A stretch of DNA of 59,152 nucleotides, the filler included, from Dimargaris cristalligena (lineage: Eukaryota): NCBI GenBank assembly GCA_003614675.1. It is 3 parts of 3 records of this genome, joined end to end, with 100 filler letters (N's around TTAATTAATTAA, not from the genome) between each part and the next. Parts side by side here need not be neighbours in the genome. Positions count along the whole stretch, not along the records: positions 1 to 19,672 come from ML002719.1; 2 more parts are not named here. One strand, 5' to 3'. The position numbers and the translations under genes are program-made. This document shows, one piece after another, positions 1-13,554 of this stretch (within the stretch, counting starts at the first letter, position 1; each line of letters begins with the position of its first letter). Under the pieces are notes generated by a model. That model was not told the DNA's origin and did not search any database. It saw nothing but the letters and a program-made list of their open reading frames with translations.

Positions 1-57
1 TACTTGCCTCATCAAATGGATTTTTCGTTATACAGCCTTGTTGAACTACTCCCATAT
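1..57. mobile_element. Partial (right-end) copy of 144-bp MITE-like repeat, truncated by window start
   Basis: ttgcctcatcaaatggatttttcgttatacagcc...ctcccatat matches 608-661 and 52647-52700. Confidence 0.75.
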
Positions 58-517
58 AGATATGTTTATGTATGATAGGTTAGTTAATATAATAGAATGA
101 ATCGTATTTATGATAAATATAGAGATATAAAATTAAGATTTTGGAGGGTGTTACAGCAGTGGTAGTGATGGTGATAATGCGTGGAGTATATATTTAACCT
201 TCAAAATGGCACTGTGCCCATGATTCATGTTGGTAGTTGATAATGCCCAAGGGGAATGAGGGTAAGAAAGAACTTTTTGATTGGCAGGGACTATCTTTAG
301 GCGGCGCACAGCTGGCAGGTGGGGGGAGATCAGCCCTACAATGGTGTAGGCGATTATCAAGTATAATGAATGGATAGAGGAGGAGGAGTTAATGATATCC
401 ACCCCAATGAAGCGGCGATCAGTGTGATGTATAGAGCTTAGTTAGAGTCACTGGGGGGACTAAGTGAAAACCGACCTCGCCTAATTACTAGAGGCGTCCA
501 GCCCATAAATGTAATTG

Positions 518-661
518 ATATGGATGAAATTCAAACCAGCTGTATAAGGTTTTACATAATATGTGTATGGGCAAATATATGTGAGAATAGCTTTTAGCCA
601 GTAATATTTGCCTCATCCAATGGATTTTTCGTTATACAGCCTGAATGAACTTCTCCCATAT
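518..661. mobile_element. 144-bp MITE-like element with ~30-bp imperfect terminal inverted repeats
   Basis: Left end ATATGGATGAAATTCAAACCAGCTGTATAA vs reverse complement of right end ATATGGGAGAAGTTCATTCAGGCTGTATAA (23/30 by eye). A full second copy lies at 52557-52700 with about 7 mismatches and different flanks. Confidence 0.75.
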
Positions 662-3600
662 ATAGGTAGTCTTGGCATTTTGCAAATGGGGGGGGGGGAT
701 CCAGCCTGGCTTTAGTACTATATCCTTGGGTAGTCCGTTTGGTGAGACGACGTATGTACTATTTAAATCTGTGTCTTCTCATCTACTTTCCCTGTGTCCA
801 TAATACGGAGATTCCCATCCCAATTGGCGGACCTGTCGCTTTAAAATATGGCCCAGGCCCGTTGCTTAGTGGACGACAATCTTGGAATGGGGGGGATAAT
901 TGGAGCTGGGAAAGGTCTACCCCCGATGGATGATGGTTCTTGGAAGAACGCTAACACCGTCACCAATTCGACAATTCTTATCCAAAACCACCCACATACT
1001 CCCCCCACACAGATTGTCTTAATATTGACTAATCCAATGGATAAGCGGTATATATACAGTGCAGTTATGTAGTAACACGAGAGGGTGCTACCAACAATGG
1101 CCCAGATACTTGGCACTGTCTTGGCATTTTTCACTGGGAAAGGAACACCCGCCCATAGCCACCCCTCCACTCCTCTACGGAATGACCCAAAGTGTGCGTA
1201 GAGGGGGATGTGGTTAACATCCTATACTGGATCTATATGGATGGAGGGGATGGTGTCCCAGAAAAGCCGATTAGAACATAACCATATAGTACGCGGCATG
1301 GTCACTGGCTGACGCCGACACCAGTAGTGAACGTGAAGGCGTAAGAAATAAATGAAAGCCGCGGAATTCTATACTAATTGGCGACTTTGTATCCCACCCA
1401 ATCCAATACCAGCTAATCAGGGCCGGGTGGAAGGTCCCCAAAGAACTAGAAAAGCGACGGGGCTGATGCGGGGGGGGGATCCAGAAGGATATTGGGCCAA
1501 CTCACGTGGTCCATCACCAGAGGGTTTTAAGAGGGTGCGCGGGTGTAGGACGGGGGCAAAATACCGATGGACCCCTCCCTCCCTCCTGGCTAAAGCAGCT
1601 TAAAGGGGTGGTGGAGCCATTGGTATTCAAGAAACACTGAGGAGCTTCCGATAATAACAGAATAAACGACTGTATGGAATCCGCCCATTCAAGAGGGCAG
1701 GTCAAGGCGTCGTCTCACCACATGCCCAACCAAGGTAACCAGGCTAATTCAAGGTAGAACCCATCGCTCCCTGTTGGGCGACGGTTACAGGTGGAAGGGG
1801 ACAGTCGAACGGATGATAGAGCCAAGGTGCAGTTCGTCTTGGGTGAGTAGTAGTATAATATACAGCAAAATGGCGTACGAGCCACACCAGTCGCTGGCGG
1901 GCATGGCCAACACCAGAGTCCCGTCGCGCCGCACCATCACTATGCACCCAAGAAACGGGGATACCTCTTCCCTTCATTGCCCAGTTTTAGAGAGCGACTG
2001 GGGAGAGAGATAATGTACACCAGGAAAAATCCCGTCGTTACCCGCCAAGGTCCCGGTTTCAACCTCCTTATGCCAGTCCAGTCCCCCCCCCTCACTGGCA
2101 TCTTTTATAAGTTGCACATATCCCCCCCTCCAACCCTACTCTTATCTGCCACCTGGTGCTATTTTACATATTTCTCCCCGACGACACCCTGCTTACGTGT
2201 GGCGATTACTTTAACTTCTTACTCGATCATTTATCTTCCTTCTAAGCCCGGTTCTCTAGTCTAAACCCAATCGGCCATTGTCGATACTACTGCTGATTTT
2301 GTCTCGGCTACGCCTTCTTCCATCTTACCCTGTGTTTCTCACCGAAACCTCTGGCCAAACCCGCCCGCACCTAATCAAACAGACATACACACCCACACGT
2401 ATACATATACATACACATACACCCCAGGGTGCCTCGCATTCGTGCCACTACTCTCCAAAACGACGAACCCTGCCAATCCCACATTTCGGCGTAGCGCTTG
2501 GTCTCCCCATCTCCAGCACCTGCATATACCCACAGCCATTTTTGTTTACTGCTGTTGGTGACCCTTCCGTCCCCACGTTCTTTCAAAGTCCCCTGTGTGT
2601 GTTGTCTATATGCGCATACAGAGAAGACGAGGCCCCCGCCCTATAACAACGTCATTCATTAACAGCAAAGACCCCCCCTCTCTCCTCTCTCTCACTTTCT
2701 CTTCTCCGTTAAATTCTTACGCATTTAATTATTCCAGTTGGCAACCCTTTCACTCGTCATTTCCAGAAATGCGTGCATCACAATAGACCACCGCATCTCT
2801 ATTTTGTTATAGCAGTATTATTGTTGATATCATTTCTATTACATATATATATCTCTCCCCCCGCGTTTTCTTTACACCATCCTGCTCGACCCTCCCAATC
2901 ATTGCATTTGGCCCCCTCTCCCACTAACCCTCATTGCTTCATTATCCCGCCACAGTCGGATCCCACCACTCACCACCACACCTCAGCCTTGTACCAACCA
3001 CCTCCTCTGGTTCTCCTCCTCCTCCACCACTTACTTCTGTTACCGTTACTTATATATTTTTTTCTTGCTTTTAGGTTCATTTAGGTCGTCTACACTTTGC
3101 TTCTGTAGTTTTTTGTGTCGTTTTTGTGTCGTGTCGTTTCTGTTGTTAACCCTTTTCTATACCTCTCACTTTCGCAACCACATAACCGTCCAACGGACAC
3201 CTGGTCAACCCAAAGTAGCCTTTTCCTTCTTGAATCTCTACCATTCCCATTCCCACTATATACATACCTCTGGTTCATCATGCGATTCCGCGTCCGGTTA
3301 ACGGGTCCTTCGACCCTCCTCCGTTCTGCTCTCGTTGTGTTTTGTTGTATTCTAACGTGTAGTTCCCGATATCCAACTCCTTCAAGGTACGTGTGCTCCT
3401 TCTTCCCTGCCTATGAATCTACTGCCCTTGAGGCGGTGGGCGTGGCGCCCTATTCTACCCTTGAAGGGAGTATGCGTCTGTGGCGCCGCCCTTTGTATTG
3501 GCTGGACGCTGTCTTTGTTTCCCCAGCCTGCTACCGTTTATACCCCTGTCCCCAGAGTCGACTACTGCCTTTGAGCCCCCTCTCCCTTTACCTCGAAGCC

Positions 3601-5838
3601 ATCCGCCTGACCCTATCACCGCTGCTGTCCGATGGTGACAGCCCCCGCCGCCCTCTCACTGTGACAAGCCCGTGTCTTCCGATGGCTTCCGGGTCTGTGC
3701 GCGGGTTGGGGGGGACGAATTAGTGGTCCTCAACGGGTCTGGGCTTGGCATTGCCAATAAGGTTACCCATGGGCAATGTTGTTGTTTCATAGGTGGTGCT
3801 GGGTGTTAGAAAAACGACTGTCCGTATTCACCGTCTACTTCCTTACACCAACTCCCTCAGATGGTTTGGTCGGATTAGGCGAGGAATTTCGGATAGCCCC
3901 CTTTCCCTACTCCTATCATACAGGGATAACCGATCTATTGATGTTTACATGTTGGCCAACGACCGCCACAAATCGTCTCTGCAACTACCATTTTTTAACC
4001 TATGCTGTGTACCTTCTTCTTCTCTATACAATGTTGCTTTCCCTGTTGTGTTACCTAGCTCGTCTTACCACGGTGCTCCCGAGTGCTATTTCTCTCAAAT
4101 CCCTGACCATAACAGTGCCACACCTACCCCCAGTTTCTCCAAATCCTCCGACACCCATACCATCCCATTTCTACAGCCTGACAGCCCACTATTAGGTAAT
4201 TTCGCTTGTTTGTTTTTAGCCCTTGGCCTATTCCTCCTTCCATTAGTGTTCAAGCATGGTTTTGGTGTCTTTTGGTAGTTCGAGTCCTGCATAACTATTA
4301 TCAAAACAACCCCACTCTAATCACCCACCCCCGTGACCTCTGTATATCTTGTCTTTTTCAAAAATTGCTGAGTTTAGACCTTATCGATGACTATAGTACG
4401 TTTCTCGTGTGGAATACTAACGGGTCGATGGTTGCGCCTCACATGGCCTCCCCATCCTTTGGCGGCTGCGCCCACCTGATAAGCCCCAAAGGGGATGAAG
4501 GTCGTACTGCACACTTTCGCTGCAGTGCCTCCATGATGCAACGGTCTATCCGCCGACAGGTTTATTCCACACTAAATCACTGGCTCAGTCTCGCAGAAGT
4601 CGTTGCCTCCCCCAGTAGCCCTTCCCATCCTCGTAACCTGGACATGTCGCTATCCACGGCTGCTCTAATGCCCCTGTCTACCAATAATGGTGCCGCTGAC
4701 ACCAAAAAGGCCATGGCACTAGCAGCTGTGGGCCCCATGTCAACCACCACCACTGTCACACTGACAACTGAGCCCAACGACAGTACAGTCCAATCGTCCA
4801 CCCCATTGGGCGGTGGTAAGCCGGCCGCTTCTGGTCTCATGAGTACACTCCTCTCAGTGGGGGACTATTCATCCACCATCCACTCCAGTTTAGCTTCTAT
4901 TTTTCCGGATGTTCCCCCTGCTGGCCCACAAAATGGCAGTCGCGCTTCCCAACGCTCCCGACGTAAACAGCGGAGCCAAGGCGGAGGTGATCATCCGCTG
5001 ACTTTTGATGGCCGGACAGTAATCATTTGTCAAATCGCGTTGGTTTTCTTGGTCCACCTTGCCATGGAGCACTTTTCTTACACTTTTGAAAAGATCAGTG
5101 CGCCCTAATACGGACATGCCCCCTCCCTGTGATGCCCGCCCGTCATAACCTAGCAAAGCTGGCTGGTGGTTATATCCGCCAAGCAAATCTTTCTATTCCA
5201 ACCTTAAGCATATCCCGCCCATCCTTCTGTCCAGTTACTTGAGCATGTCACCATAAACTGCTCACCAAGGCAGGGGGAGGCTATTGATGGGGGGGGAGGG
5301 GTTTAAGCACCCCATTTCTAAACCATATAATTATTTGTTACATCCTCTGTGCCTAATTGTTTGTGCCCTGAATCACATTTTTCCCCTTTCGCTCCCCACC
5401 TAATATTTCCTCGCCCTTTCACCATCTATCCCTGCATGTTGCCAGTTTGACCTTCATTATTTTTACATTTTGTTCACTGAGCTGTATTCACTATTCCCGA
5501 TTCGCCCAATGGACCATTTCTCCACCATTCATCTTGTGAATTCCTATTCAAATCAAGTGGATACTAACGCCATATTGAAATTGTTCCTCATTTAGGGCTT
5601 CTTTGAATCTTCTCCACCCTCACTCACTTCTATCTGACCCCACATTCCCCATCCCGCAGAATCACACACCTATGCTCTCATCACTTTAACCGTCACTGAA
5701 TTTTTTTGTATATAAAGACCGCCCCGTTAAACCACGGGAGGTAGTTGCTGCGTTTTAATCCCACAAAATACACCCGCTTGACCCATATACCAGTGATCAA
5801 TTATAACTTTCCGCCGAGGTATTCTTAGAAGAGTTGAA

Positions 5839-7639
5839 TTAGCCTAATAGAGAAAGATCGACCTGCCACTGTTGAAGCCGATAGGACGAGGCAGCATCAT
5901 CATAGCCTGGATTAGGTAAATCGCGACTGGCCACACAAATCAGGCCTTGGGATTCCATTTCAGCGACCCATGTAGTCATTTCGACGGAATGCGTATGGCG
6001 TAAAGGGGTTATCAAGTAGAATGATTTGTTGGGTAATGTCGATTGATGACTTAATGGGGGCGATAGTGTCGGTGACGAAAATAACAAATAGGCCAAGAGG
6101 CGTGGGAGCCATTTGGCGTGATCCATTTCGTAAACGACGTCAGCTGCTACGATGGTATCGAATGATGGAAGACGGTCCCACAGACCGGTCGAGCATTGTA
6201 GGGGCTGTTGGTAATGGCGATGATCAGCGGTTGCCCGATTAAAATCAGCTAGCCAGCTCCAGTCCAAGCACGCACCGACTGCACCACAGTCGGTAAGATG
6301 GTTAAGTCGGATATTGTGGGCCAGGTTGTTGACAATGGCCGGGTGGTAGTCGGTTAAATAGACGGCCCGGGCGCCCAGGAGACCGCAGGTAATACCCACC
6401 AGACCCGTTCCCGATCCCAGTTCGAGTACTGATCGATCACGGACCGGAATATCCCCCCGGACAATCGATCTACGCCACAATAAGGTTCCAAAGATTCATA
6501 AATACATATATATAGCAATTTAGCGAAGGGAGGGGAGAAGGGGAATCGGTTGGTGAATGGATGGGGACGGCCCAAACGTGTGAATATAATGGATAATAGC
6601 AGCTGGTGGACCTCTTCGGTTACCGTAAGTGGTGAAGTATGTCCACCGGCTCAGCTTAAAACCAATGTGAACCCAGACGCTGACTTACTCGGACAACCCG
6701 AATGCCGACCCCCATGTTTTATACCCCAGGTCGACTTCAACGAAGGAGGGCTCTTGAATATGGATACGGAATTGACCCACGGTGAATGTTTTGGTCACTG
6801 GCCCGGATGCTAAAGGGACATTACACGTGGGGGGGGGGGTATGGGTATCACAAATTGTATTCGGGCGGTATTAGCAATTGCTCCGCTTGGCCAGTTCGAA
6901 CATAATCACGGGAGACAGCGGGATTCAGGCGGAAAATAAGAAGAGGGAGAGGAGGGGAAGTACACGGGTCATACCTGCCTATCCTTAGTGATGTACATTT
7001 TCAATGCCCAAGCTTTCCGTACATGGCAGAAAATTATTTCTTACCTGTTTTACCGCACATATTGGCTATGGCGGCCGCGGCCTGCTCGACTCCTTGGGTA
7101 AGCTGATCCCGCCAGGCAATGCGCTCTAGTTCTATTCTATTACCGTCCCCTTCGCCGTAATCATCCGTTTCCTTCAAAGTAGGAAGTGGCGGCATTATTT
7201 CAGTCCCATCTCCCTGTGGTTGGGCGTCTAGCTCGGCTAAGATGTCCGTGCCCCGGCCCGCCACTTTGGTTAACCAGGGGACCCAACAGGCCAGCAGCGG
7301 TGGTGGTGGTGAACTATCGTCCGGCGGGGCTGGGGAACCGGGCACGGGGGAATGGATTAAACTTAGCGTGGCCTGTTGGGCTACATGTCGAACTAGGGCC
7401 AGCGCGACTGCGAGGACTAGTGGACGACTGAAGTAGTCGGCACGGGTGGGCGGTACCGTTGGTTTATTGAAGGTTGACGCATGGTCCGCGGTTGGCTGGG
7501 AGCCTTGGGACTCTTCGGGGTGCTCGGGTGAGGGCAGAGTCAAGTCATCGTAGGTCTCAATGGGTAACGGAGGGAAGGTATAGAGACGCTTGGGTAGGCC
7601 CCATGGATTGTCAGCCAGGGACTCGGTGGGTTGGGACAT
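5839..7639 (-). CDS. EFM2: SAM-dependent protein-lysine methyltransferase (Methyltransf_16 family, Efm2/Rrg1-like). 3 exons: 7639-7045, 6809-6689, 6469-5839 (448 aa)
   Basis: GT-AG junctions keep the frame (1347 nt). Exon 2 encodes HIQEPSFVEVDLGYKTWGS (Efm2-type EPS...LGxKTWGS). Exon 3 encodes VLELGSGTGLVG (motif I), LTDYH, LDW and FDTIVAADVVY (DxxY). Confidence 0.8.
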
Positions 7640-8826
7640 GGTTAAAGGAAGACCAACTAAACATCGGGGTTTGGTTGAAGGAATGCAGGATTGAATTAGA
7701 CAACGAGGTTACCTGGGCGAGAGAGTATTCTTCTGTGCATTTGCTTAGTGGGGATCTGGGTTCGGGGCTGAATTTTTCACCCGAGGTTTTCTCGTCCCTT
7801 ATTCCCCCCTATCCTTTGGCCTGAGGGAGTTAACAGCTGGGGAATGGGTTATACATAGGAGGTGGATTCTTGGGACTGCAGAAGGGCATAGTGGATTATG
7901 GGGGCGGACTATGTATGGATATCCACAACTTTGGGTGAAGAAAATATGGTGAGGGATAACAAGGGAGGAAAAGGCAATGTGGTACGGGTATGGTATCTGT
8001 GACTAGTAGTGATCCTCTCTCTCTATATTAAACACGTGGATCCAACATCCTAATACGGGAATGAGTGATATACGAACAACCCAACCCATTCTCTCTTTTA
8101 TAATTATAATAACACAGCATCTCCGACCGCCATTTCCCCCAAACATATTGTACTACCTACGCCTATCTTCCTCCATACACCCCCCTGAATAGTATATATC
8201 AGCACTATGGCCCCCACCATATAACAACCCAGCAGGGCCTTTTGAGCTGCGAGGGAGAGATACCTTGTGATATTAAATCAAGTACATATTTGGAATGTAA
8301 TATTAACCCATTTAGTAGCGAACGTCTCACCTGCCTAACCCCCCCGCTAATGATGGGCAAAGAATCGAATAATCATGGGAAATCCACCCACGGGGTTTCG
8401 GTTTTGCCCATTGGCCTTGGAGCAGCTGTTGGAGGAACAGGAGGATTGTTACAGCGTCATTAGCCGTATTCCCGCCGCCGTTTCCAAATACATACGACGC
8501 CATCTCCACCTTTAGGGGACTATGGCGCCCCCTGGTGGGTGGTCCAGTAGGGGAAAAGAATAGTGTCAGTGGAAAGGGCGGGTTGGTTTAAATGAGAATA
8601 TGGGCCCAGCCCCATCTAATTATATATATATATATATGTGTGTGTGTTTGTGACGTGCTGTTGTTGGGTGGTGAAATGGTATGGGGTCGGGAAATAAACG
8701 AGCTAAAAAGGGGTGGCATTTTTTCTGTTGAATGGGCCGATATGGCGTATGCTAGTTTAGTTGCTGCCTTATTTCTATATCGCCGTTTCAGGACTATACT
8801 GATCGACTTACCTGACTCCGTTTGGG

Positions 8827-8861
<35 letters not shown>

Positions 8862-9424
8862 AAGAAGGAGAAGGGTTGGGGTTCCCATCGACGACGTGAT
8901 ACGGATGCCCCTTTTGGCTCGCCTGGAACCTTGGCGGGGAGGTTGGGGAGGTGCTTGCTTTCTTGCATTGGCTTGCCTCTTCCCTTCTAAAACACCACCA
9001 TACAGATCCCAGCCGTACATATAACACACCCACGACTGCCGCCGGATCCTTCCTTCGTGCCCTACTACTGCCTTGCTTGGTCTCCTCCTCCTCCTTTCCT
9101 ATAACACCCTATTTCCCCTTCTTAGTATCGTCCCTCCATGTCAAAAGTGCACGTTGGTATTTTCCTCCTCCTCCTGGCCTTTTAATTGCCTTTACTTCGT
9201 TTTAATACTTAGAAACCTCCGCAAGATATACCCGCACCCAAATAACCGCTTTTCTTATATATATATATATATATATATATTTTCATCGCCCTTCACCCAC
9301 TGGTTCTGTGACCTCAAGCTGTATTTCCCCTGGTCAAACGTATAAGCTACCCCTTACACTCCCCCTCACCTTTCCTAGTCTAGCCTGGCCTAGACTCCCT
9401 GTCCACCACTTGACCCATTCGCAC

Positions 9425-11404
9425 ATGGCCTCCAACCCGATAACCAGCGGTGGCATTGTGCCCATCGACATGGACCTCCTCGTCCGCAAAGTGTCCACCC
9501 TGAGTCCCCCCAGCACAGACTCCCAGTCCACCACCTCCTCTTCGGAGACGCCCCGTACCACCCGAGTTCGGTTCGACACTACCCCGCCCCGGGTCTTCGG
9601 CGGGTCCGACCCTGACAACGACCTCGATACCCCTCCCGTAAACAACAATAACAACAACAACAACGGAGATAAACTCGGCGAAGAGGGCGGCGTGGTTGGT
9701 CACCCGGGCGTCGATGACGGCGTCCATGATATCATCCATTTAGATGACGATGTCCAAGTTAAAGGGGGCGAAGTTTCGTTAAACATCATGGTGGCCCTGC
9801 TGGACCGGGCCGAGGAAATGCGGGAATTAGTCCGGACCAACGCCCCCTTCTTCCGCCAGATCCGCTCGATTCTCCAGGGCTACGACTATAATACCCTGGG
9901 CACCCCGCTCTCCCCCAGCCCCTTGTCCCCCCTCCGCGAAGTGATGGGCTTCGGGCCGGCCGAGGAGAGTGGCAGCCCCGGGGATGCCTACGATTCCTTC
10001 CGGGAAGTGCTGTTCACCCCGCGGGCGGAAATGCCCGACATGATCTGGATTGCTGAATTAGGCCATTATCTACACCAAGTCCCCGCCATCTGGAGTAAAT
10101 TCGAAGACATGGTGGGCTACGATCCTTGCATCTGGGAAACCCAGCAGCCACACAGTGTTCTCGATGCGGAAACTGGAAGCCGAAACCATCATTATGGTAA
10201 TAATGCTGATGATGGCGATGATGACTATGATGAAGATGGTGATGATGATGATGATGATGATGACGACGATGATGCCGGCCACGGCGCTCCCAATTTCGGG
10301 TGGAGATCGAGCACTAAAAACCCTCGTCAGCGGTCCCAAAGAACGGATTTCCACCATGCGGATACCGCCTTCCCCAACGGCTGGTCGCTCGAATTACCCC
10401 CTGATTCACCTCCCCTGACCCAACTGTCTCCACCCACCTCCACGGGGCTAGCCGCCAGTCGCGGGGGATGTGCGCGTCCCATCCCTTCGCTTCACACCCC
10501 GCCTCCGCCGCTGCAATTTAATGGCAAGGGCCACCGACCGACCCTGGCTGACTCCCCTCCCAATACCACGGAATCGGTCCATACCGACTTCAACACCAAA
10601 CCACCTTCCTTCCGACGGGCCTCGGTACAGATGGGCGGGGACCATCCCGCCATTGACGGGGGCGATGAAAAGTGGCGAGCGAGTCGGTATGATATCACTT
10701 CGGATTACTCTAATCGGGTGTCGTCACCCCCACCCTCCGCCTCCTCCACCACCACTCCCTCGGGATCGGACGCCAAGTCCGAATTCATCATTTCCGGTGA
10801 GGCCAACGACGCCAGTCCGATGACGCCCCGCCGGCCGTCCCAGGGCAGCATCCCGCCCCTGCTGGCTGACTTGGTCGCCCTCCGAAATTATCCCGGGGCC
10901 ATGGCCAACCTTCTCAATACCTACCAACCCTTCTTTGACGAACTGGGCCATCGACTGCGGTTGCAGTGCATGAAACATCCGCCTATGCCCAACCACTCAG
11001 CTCTCAGGGGCGATTATGGTCCCAGCCGATCCAGTGGACGAAGACCCTCGTCTACGGGCCGATCCCTGGCCAGCTCTTCGCATAATTCCATCAGCGTGGG
11101 TGGGATTAGTAGCAATAGTAATAGCAGTGGTCTGGGGGGAAATGCGATGCTTGTGGCAGAGGGTGGTGGTGATACGGAATGTGAGCAACTCTGCGAATCA
11201 TCGGCCGATGCCCAGGTGGGCCAGCTGAAGCGGCTGCTCGTTAGTCCGCCGAACGAAATACCCAATGGGCCCTACTACGAGTACATCAACGATACCATCG
11301 GGGCGTGGCCGGACCTGATGTCCCAGTTTGCCGATATGGTGAACTGTGAGCGGGAACGTCTGTGCTGGGACGGTTCGGCCACTGATCATCGCAGGGTTTA
11401 CTGA
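9425..11404 (+). CDS. Hypothetical protein (659 aa from first ATG) with two copies of a helical domain separated by acidic and Pro/Ser-rich disordered linkers
   Basis: Long intronless ORF with GC-rich codon usage, ATG at 9425 (MASNP), poly-N and poly-D tracts and an internal repeat visible by eye. Confidence 0.8.
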   Translation: MASNPITSGGIVPIDMDLLVRKVSTLSPPSTDSQSTTSSSETPRTTRVRFDTTPPRVFGGSDPDNDLDTPPVNNNNNNNNGDKLGEEGGVVGHPGVDDGVHDIIHLDDDVQVKGGEVSLNIMVALLDRAEEMRELVRTNAPFFRQIRSILQGYDYNTLGTPLSPSPLSPLREVMGFGPAEESGSPGDAYDSFREVLFTPRAEMPDMIWIAELGHYLHQVPAIWSKFEDMVGYDPCIWETQQPHSVLDAETGSRNHHYGNNADDGDDDYDEDGDDDDDDDDDDDAGHGAPNFGWRSSTKNPRQRSQRTDFHHADTAFPNGWSLELPPDSPPLTQLSPPTSTGLAASRGGCARPIPSLHTPPPPLQFNGKGHRPTLADSPPNTTESVHTDFNTKPPSFRRASVQMGGDHPAIDGGDEKWRASRYDITSDYSNRVSSPPPSASSTTTPSGSDAKSEFIISGEANDASPMTPRRPSQGSIPPLLADLVALRNYPGAMANLLNTYQPFFDELGHRLRLQCMKHPPMPNHSALRGDYGPSRSSGRRPSSTGRSLASSSHNSISVGGISSNSNSSGLGGNAMLVAEGGGDTECEQLCESSADAQVGQLKRLLVSPPNEIPNGPYYEYINDTIGAWPDLMSQFADMVNCERERLCWDGSATDHRRVY

Positions 11405-13554
11405 GAGATACCTATGGACATTTAGTTGCTACCAAGTGACCCACCGCCACTTCTCCACCTCCTGCCCCTTTCTTTTCCACACATACACACATATACACCC
11501 CCCTCCCCCCGATTTACTAAATTCCGCCCAGCTAGTAGCGACTCTACCATTGTATTCTTTTACCTTCACTTTTTTTTTCATTCACCCACACTCGATTACT
11601 TACCGGCCCTTTTTAATGCAGTCACTCAGCCACTGGCTTGGTCATTGGGAATTTCGCCCGGGCGTTTTTCAGCTTAAACGCCTCCCCCAAGGATATGTTC
11701 GAATCGGATTGGGCTGTATCACATATATTGAACCACGGGGTTGCCCAAGAAGATGAAATGCCTTCAAGAGCCTCTTTTTAAAGAAATACCCGTTTGATAA
11801 TATCATTACGGCCGACCTTGTTGAAATTGATTTGCAGCTATTTCTGTTCAGTAAATCACCATTTCCTTAGAGTAGTCGTCATTAGCTCTATCAAGTATGA
11901 ACCCATTCCAAAAATTTTGCGTCATTTAATAGTGTTGTAATAAACCGAGAAGGGGGGTTGCACTCCCCCTCCCCCCACCCACCGGCGCCCATGTTTTGGT
12001 TTATTACTGACTGACTTAGGTCAATGGTTGGGCATGTAACTTGTACAATTGTTTAATGAATAAATATATATATATATATATTGCTTTAACACTTCCGAAT
12101 AATTAAAAATAGCATCTTGATTGACTGCTACTCTACCTAAGTGAGAAGAGTGCACACCTCTTTGGAAGTGCTGGGACCTACGGAGAAGTGAGGCGAACCG
12201 ATGGGTTTTGTGCCGTTCAGTCAAAGTGTAGAAACACATCGCTTTTAGCCGGTATATATATTATTTACCTTTCACTCTTGCCATTTGCATTACACCCCAC
12301 CAGGGGCACTATATGTTGTGCAATGTGACAGCAGGCCCCTCAGTCAACAAGTCACATTCATTGCCTTTGAAAATAGGTCGCAGTTGCCCGAAGTACACCT
12401 CCCTTTCATTCACTTCATCGCACTGGCAGGTCGTATTCAGTGGGTCACCCACACATAGTTCTCCAACAAATGGTAACAACATTGTAGCAGTGGTGGTAGT
12501 GGTGTTGGTGTTGGTGGGGGGAGTACCCAAACACCCCTCTACTCTTGTTTTTCACATTCTTTATATTCAAATAGAGAGCAGACTGCGGGGAGGGGAGATG
12601 TGAAATGGAAAACATGACCATCCTTAATAGCCGGGACTATCAATAGCATATTAAACACAAGGAGGGAATAGAGAGATTACCCTGCCGAATCGTGCCGACC
12701 TGCCTGCACATCGGGTAGTGAGTGAGTCGCTGCTGCACTTGCGAACCGATGGCCCTTACTCTATATCCTTCCCATATGCACCTTCAATCTCCAAATGGCT
12801 AAAGACACGCCGCCTTGGGCTGAGTCATGTTCGTCAGGTGGTCATGGCCAGCACAACCGACTGCATCGTTCTATTGTTCGTCAGAGAAAACGACCGCATG
12901 GAGAGAGGTGGTGGTGGAGGCCTGGGCGATTTATTTATTCGGAGAAAAGGGTAAATAACCCAGCGCCGTTCATCCCCTCCCCCGGCTTTTTCTTATATTA
13001 TTATCGACAACACACGGGCGCGACTACTTTCTACCAACTCGATAAACCAAAAAGGGTCGCTGTCCTTCCTGATCCAGGCGACGAGGGTATTATATGCACG
13101 GCTCTAGTAAAATTACCTTAGCTGTATGACTGCCTCAGTGACGGCGAGTATATTTCATCATAGGCGGTTCAGAAAACTCAATCCTCTACAGTGTTGGGGC
13201 GGCGACTTTTACATGGCATCGTTAAGTCACCACGGCCTCCTCACGATGAGGCTCCAGTATTTTAATCATTGCAACTTCCCCTGGGCAGAGTTTTGGTATA
13301 AATATTCCGGCCTGGGCGTCCTCCAGTTGATCTTTAACACGGCCTTCCATCCTACCCCAACCCCCCCCCTTTCTTACTAATTTATTCAGTACCCACGTAT
13401 AATTTTATCCTACACTCGCTCATCCGCACTCCTACCCCAACTCCTTGTTTTATTTATATATACATGTATTAATACTTATATATATATCATAACACTTAAT
13501 TTATTTTCTCGTCTTTGCTTCATTATCATTCACCAAGTGCACTCTACAGTGACC

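Noticed and set aside
700-5300. Several ORFs (3115-3723, 4206-5108) and LINE-endonuclease-like words (FLVWNTNG, IIVMQDSN...NTNGRR, AAEFY)
   Set aside because: Motifs fall on inconsistent strands and in inconsistent order, with non-ATG starts. Probably decayed TE debris, but no element or gene can be supported.
8588-9345. ORFs containing IYIYIY runs
   Set aside because: Translations of (TA)n microsatellites in the intergenic region between divergent genes
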